Below are positions 62,094 to 64,000 of a stretch of 64,000 bases of DNA, in pieces. The stretch's first letter is position 1. Every line of letters begins with the position of its first letter. Origin of the DNA: Chiloscyllium plagiosum (lineage: Eukaryota); assembly GCF_004010195.1 (NCBI RefSeq), contig NC_057711.1, positions 82,155,450 through 82,219,449 of the forward strand, read 5' to 3'. The position numbers and the translations under genes are program-made. Under the pieces are notes generated by a model. That model was not told the DNA's origin and searched no databases. It saw nothing but the letters and a program-made list of their open reading frames with translations.

Positions 62094-62367
62094 ACTCATT
62101 CAAGTTGAAGCAGCACTGATTACAGATCAAGGAAAGTTTAACAACAGCAGTTTGAACACATCAACTTTTAAATAAAAGCTTGTACACAGCAAGACAATCT
62201 TGTTAGAAAGGGGGTTTCAGGAATTTGATCCAGCTACAGTGGAGGACCAGTGATATCATTGAAAATCAAGATGTTGTATAGGGAGTGAATGCCACAGGTT
62301 GTAGATACGATGCCAAAGAGCAGGTTTTGTCCTGGATGGCACTGGGCTTGTGTTGCTGAAGGAACAT

Positions 62368-63285
62368 TTAGAATCATAGAATTGTAGAGATGTACAGGGT
62401 GAAATAGACCCTTCAGTCCAACTTGTCCATGTCGATCAGATATTCCAACACAATCTAGTCCCACCTGCCAGCATCCGGTGCATATCCCTCCCAAACCCTT
62501 CCTGTTCATATACCCATCCAGAAGCCTTTTAAATGTTGCAATTGTACTAGCCTCCACCACTTCCTCTGGCAGCTCATTCCATACACGTACCACCCTCTGC
62601 ATGAAAACATTGCCCCTTAGGTCTCTTTTATATCTTGCCCCTCTCACCCTAAACCTATGCCCTCTAGTTCTGGACTCCCCGACCCCAGGGCAAAGACTTT
62701 GCCTATTTATCCTATCCATGCCCCTCATGATTTTATAAATCTCTATAAGGTCACCCCTCAGCCTCCAATGCTCCAGGGAAAACAGCCCTAGCCTATTCAA
62801 CCTCTCCCTATAGCTCAAATCCTCCAACCCTGGCAACATCCTTGTAAATCTTTTCTGAACCCTTTCAAGTTTCATAACATCTTTCCGATAGGAAGGAGAC
62901 CAGAACTGCATGCAATATTCCAAAAGTGGCCTAACCAATGTCCTGTACAGCCGCAACATGATCTCCCAACTCCTGTACTCAATACTCTGACCAATAAGGA
63001 AAAGCATACCAAATGCCTTCTTCACTACCTATCTACCTGCAATTCCATTTTCAAGGAGCTATGAACCTGCACTCCAAGGTCTTTGTTTAGCAACACTCCC
63101 TACGACCTTACCATTAAGTGTATTAGTCCTGCTAAGATTTTGCTTTCTCAAATGCAGCACCTGGCATTTATCTGAATTAAACTCCATCTGCCAGTTGTCA
63201 GCCCATTGGCCCATCTGATCAAGATCCTGTTGTAATCTGAGGCAACCTTCTTTGCTGTCCACTACACCTCCAATTTTGGTGTCAT
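62368..63285 (-). mobile_element. CR1 LINE 3' portion, inserted into a second-family LINE (about 62230-62365 and 63287-63720)
   Basis: ORF 62234..63025 (LVRPLLEYCMQFWSPSYRKD...WNELPEEVVEA); host reads VTIDQKLNWTNHIN. Confidence 0.9.
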
Positions 63286-64000
63286 AATTTATCTAGACAA
63301 ATGGAAAATATTCTATCATTTAACTGATTTGTATCTTGCAGATTGTGGACAAGCTTTGGAGAGTCTGGAGGCAAGTTGCTCATTGCAGAATGTCTACTGT
63401 TCAACTTGTCTTGTTACCAGATATTTATGTGGTTAGTCCAATTCAGTTTCTGGTCAATGGTAACCCTCAAGGTGTTGAAGGTGGGGGATTCAGTAATGAT
63501 AATGGAATTGAACATCAAGGTGCAATGATGAGATTCTCTTTTGTTGGAGATTGCTATTGTCTTGCACTTAAATGGCAAGTGACACCAAAGCCACACATCA
63601 ACCCAAGCTTGGTTGTTGTCTCTGCCAGGCTGGCTGTAAACACAGACTGCTTCAGTGTCAGGCACTGCAATCATCAGCCATAAGTCTGCATCTGACTTTT
63701 TTGATGGAAGAAAGGTCATTGTTTAGGGTGGCAGGGCACCATTGTAAGTAATGCCTGCATTAGAGGTCAATTAGACTGGGGTCTAAGTCTATAGCTGTGA
63801 TAATGTAAATTCTCAGAAACTAGGAGACTAGATTACAAGCCAAACCTGGATTGTCTATGTTTCATACAATAGTTATATTTAATCCATATTAATTTCCCAA
63901 TATCAAGTACACTTGGATACATTAAAGAGGGCTAACTTTCCAGTAGGAATGGAGACACAAAGAAAAATGGAAGAGAAGAATATGTTGATGGGGTTAGGTA

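Overview
Eukaryotic vertebrate genomic DNA, almost certainly from a shark or other elasmobranch, judged from HE1/V-type SINEs with CR1-like tails, Deu-domain SINEs and dense CR1 LINEs. A carpet or bamboo shark is plausible but unproven. Two convergent protein-coding genes can be read. (1) A complete 5-exon gluconokinase gene, IDNK, on + (CDS 10485-10522, 10631-10661, 25561-25647, 27629-27672, 27951-28299; 549 nt, 182 aa, all GT-AG introns with compatible phases). (2) The last two coding exons and 3' UTR of a ubiquilin, most likely UBQLN1, on - (61422-61566 and 57939-58097, UBA domain), continuing beyond the right edge. Most of the remainder is decayed, often nested transposable elements: CR1 LINEs, three L1-clade elements, Penelope-like elements and short derivatives with degenerate hammerhead-ribozyme motifs, RTE and Rex1/Babar fragments, several SINE families and one TA-flanked MITE. 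Almost all ORFs in the supplied track are TE fragments or noise. I found no CRISPR, rRNA, true tRNA or prokaryote-type system, and cannot claim a wholly new biological system. The best leads are a 387-bp L1-derived insert with a perfect 15-bp TSD and splice-like junctions, an L1 lacking nearly all of ORF2, and the hammerhead-bearing fold-back Penelope derivatives. Repeat boundaries are approximate (tens of bp) and family names come from recognition, not a database search.
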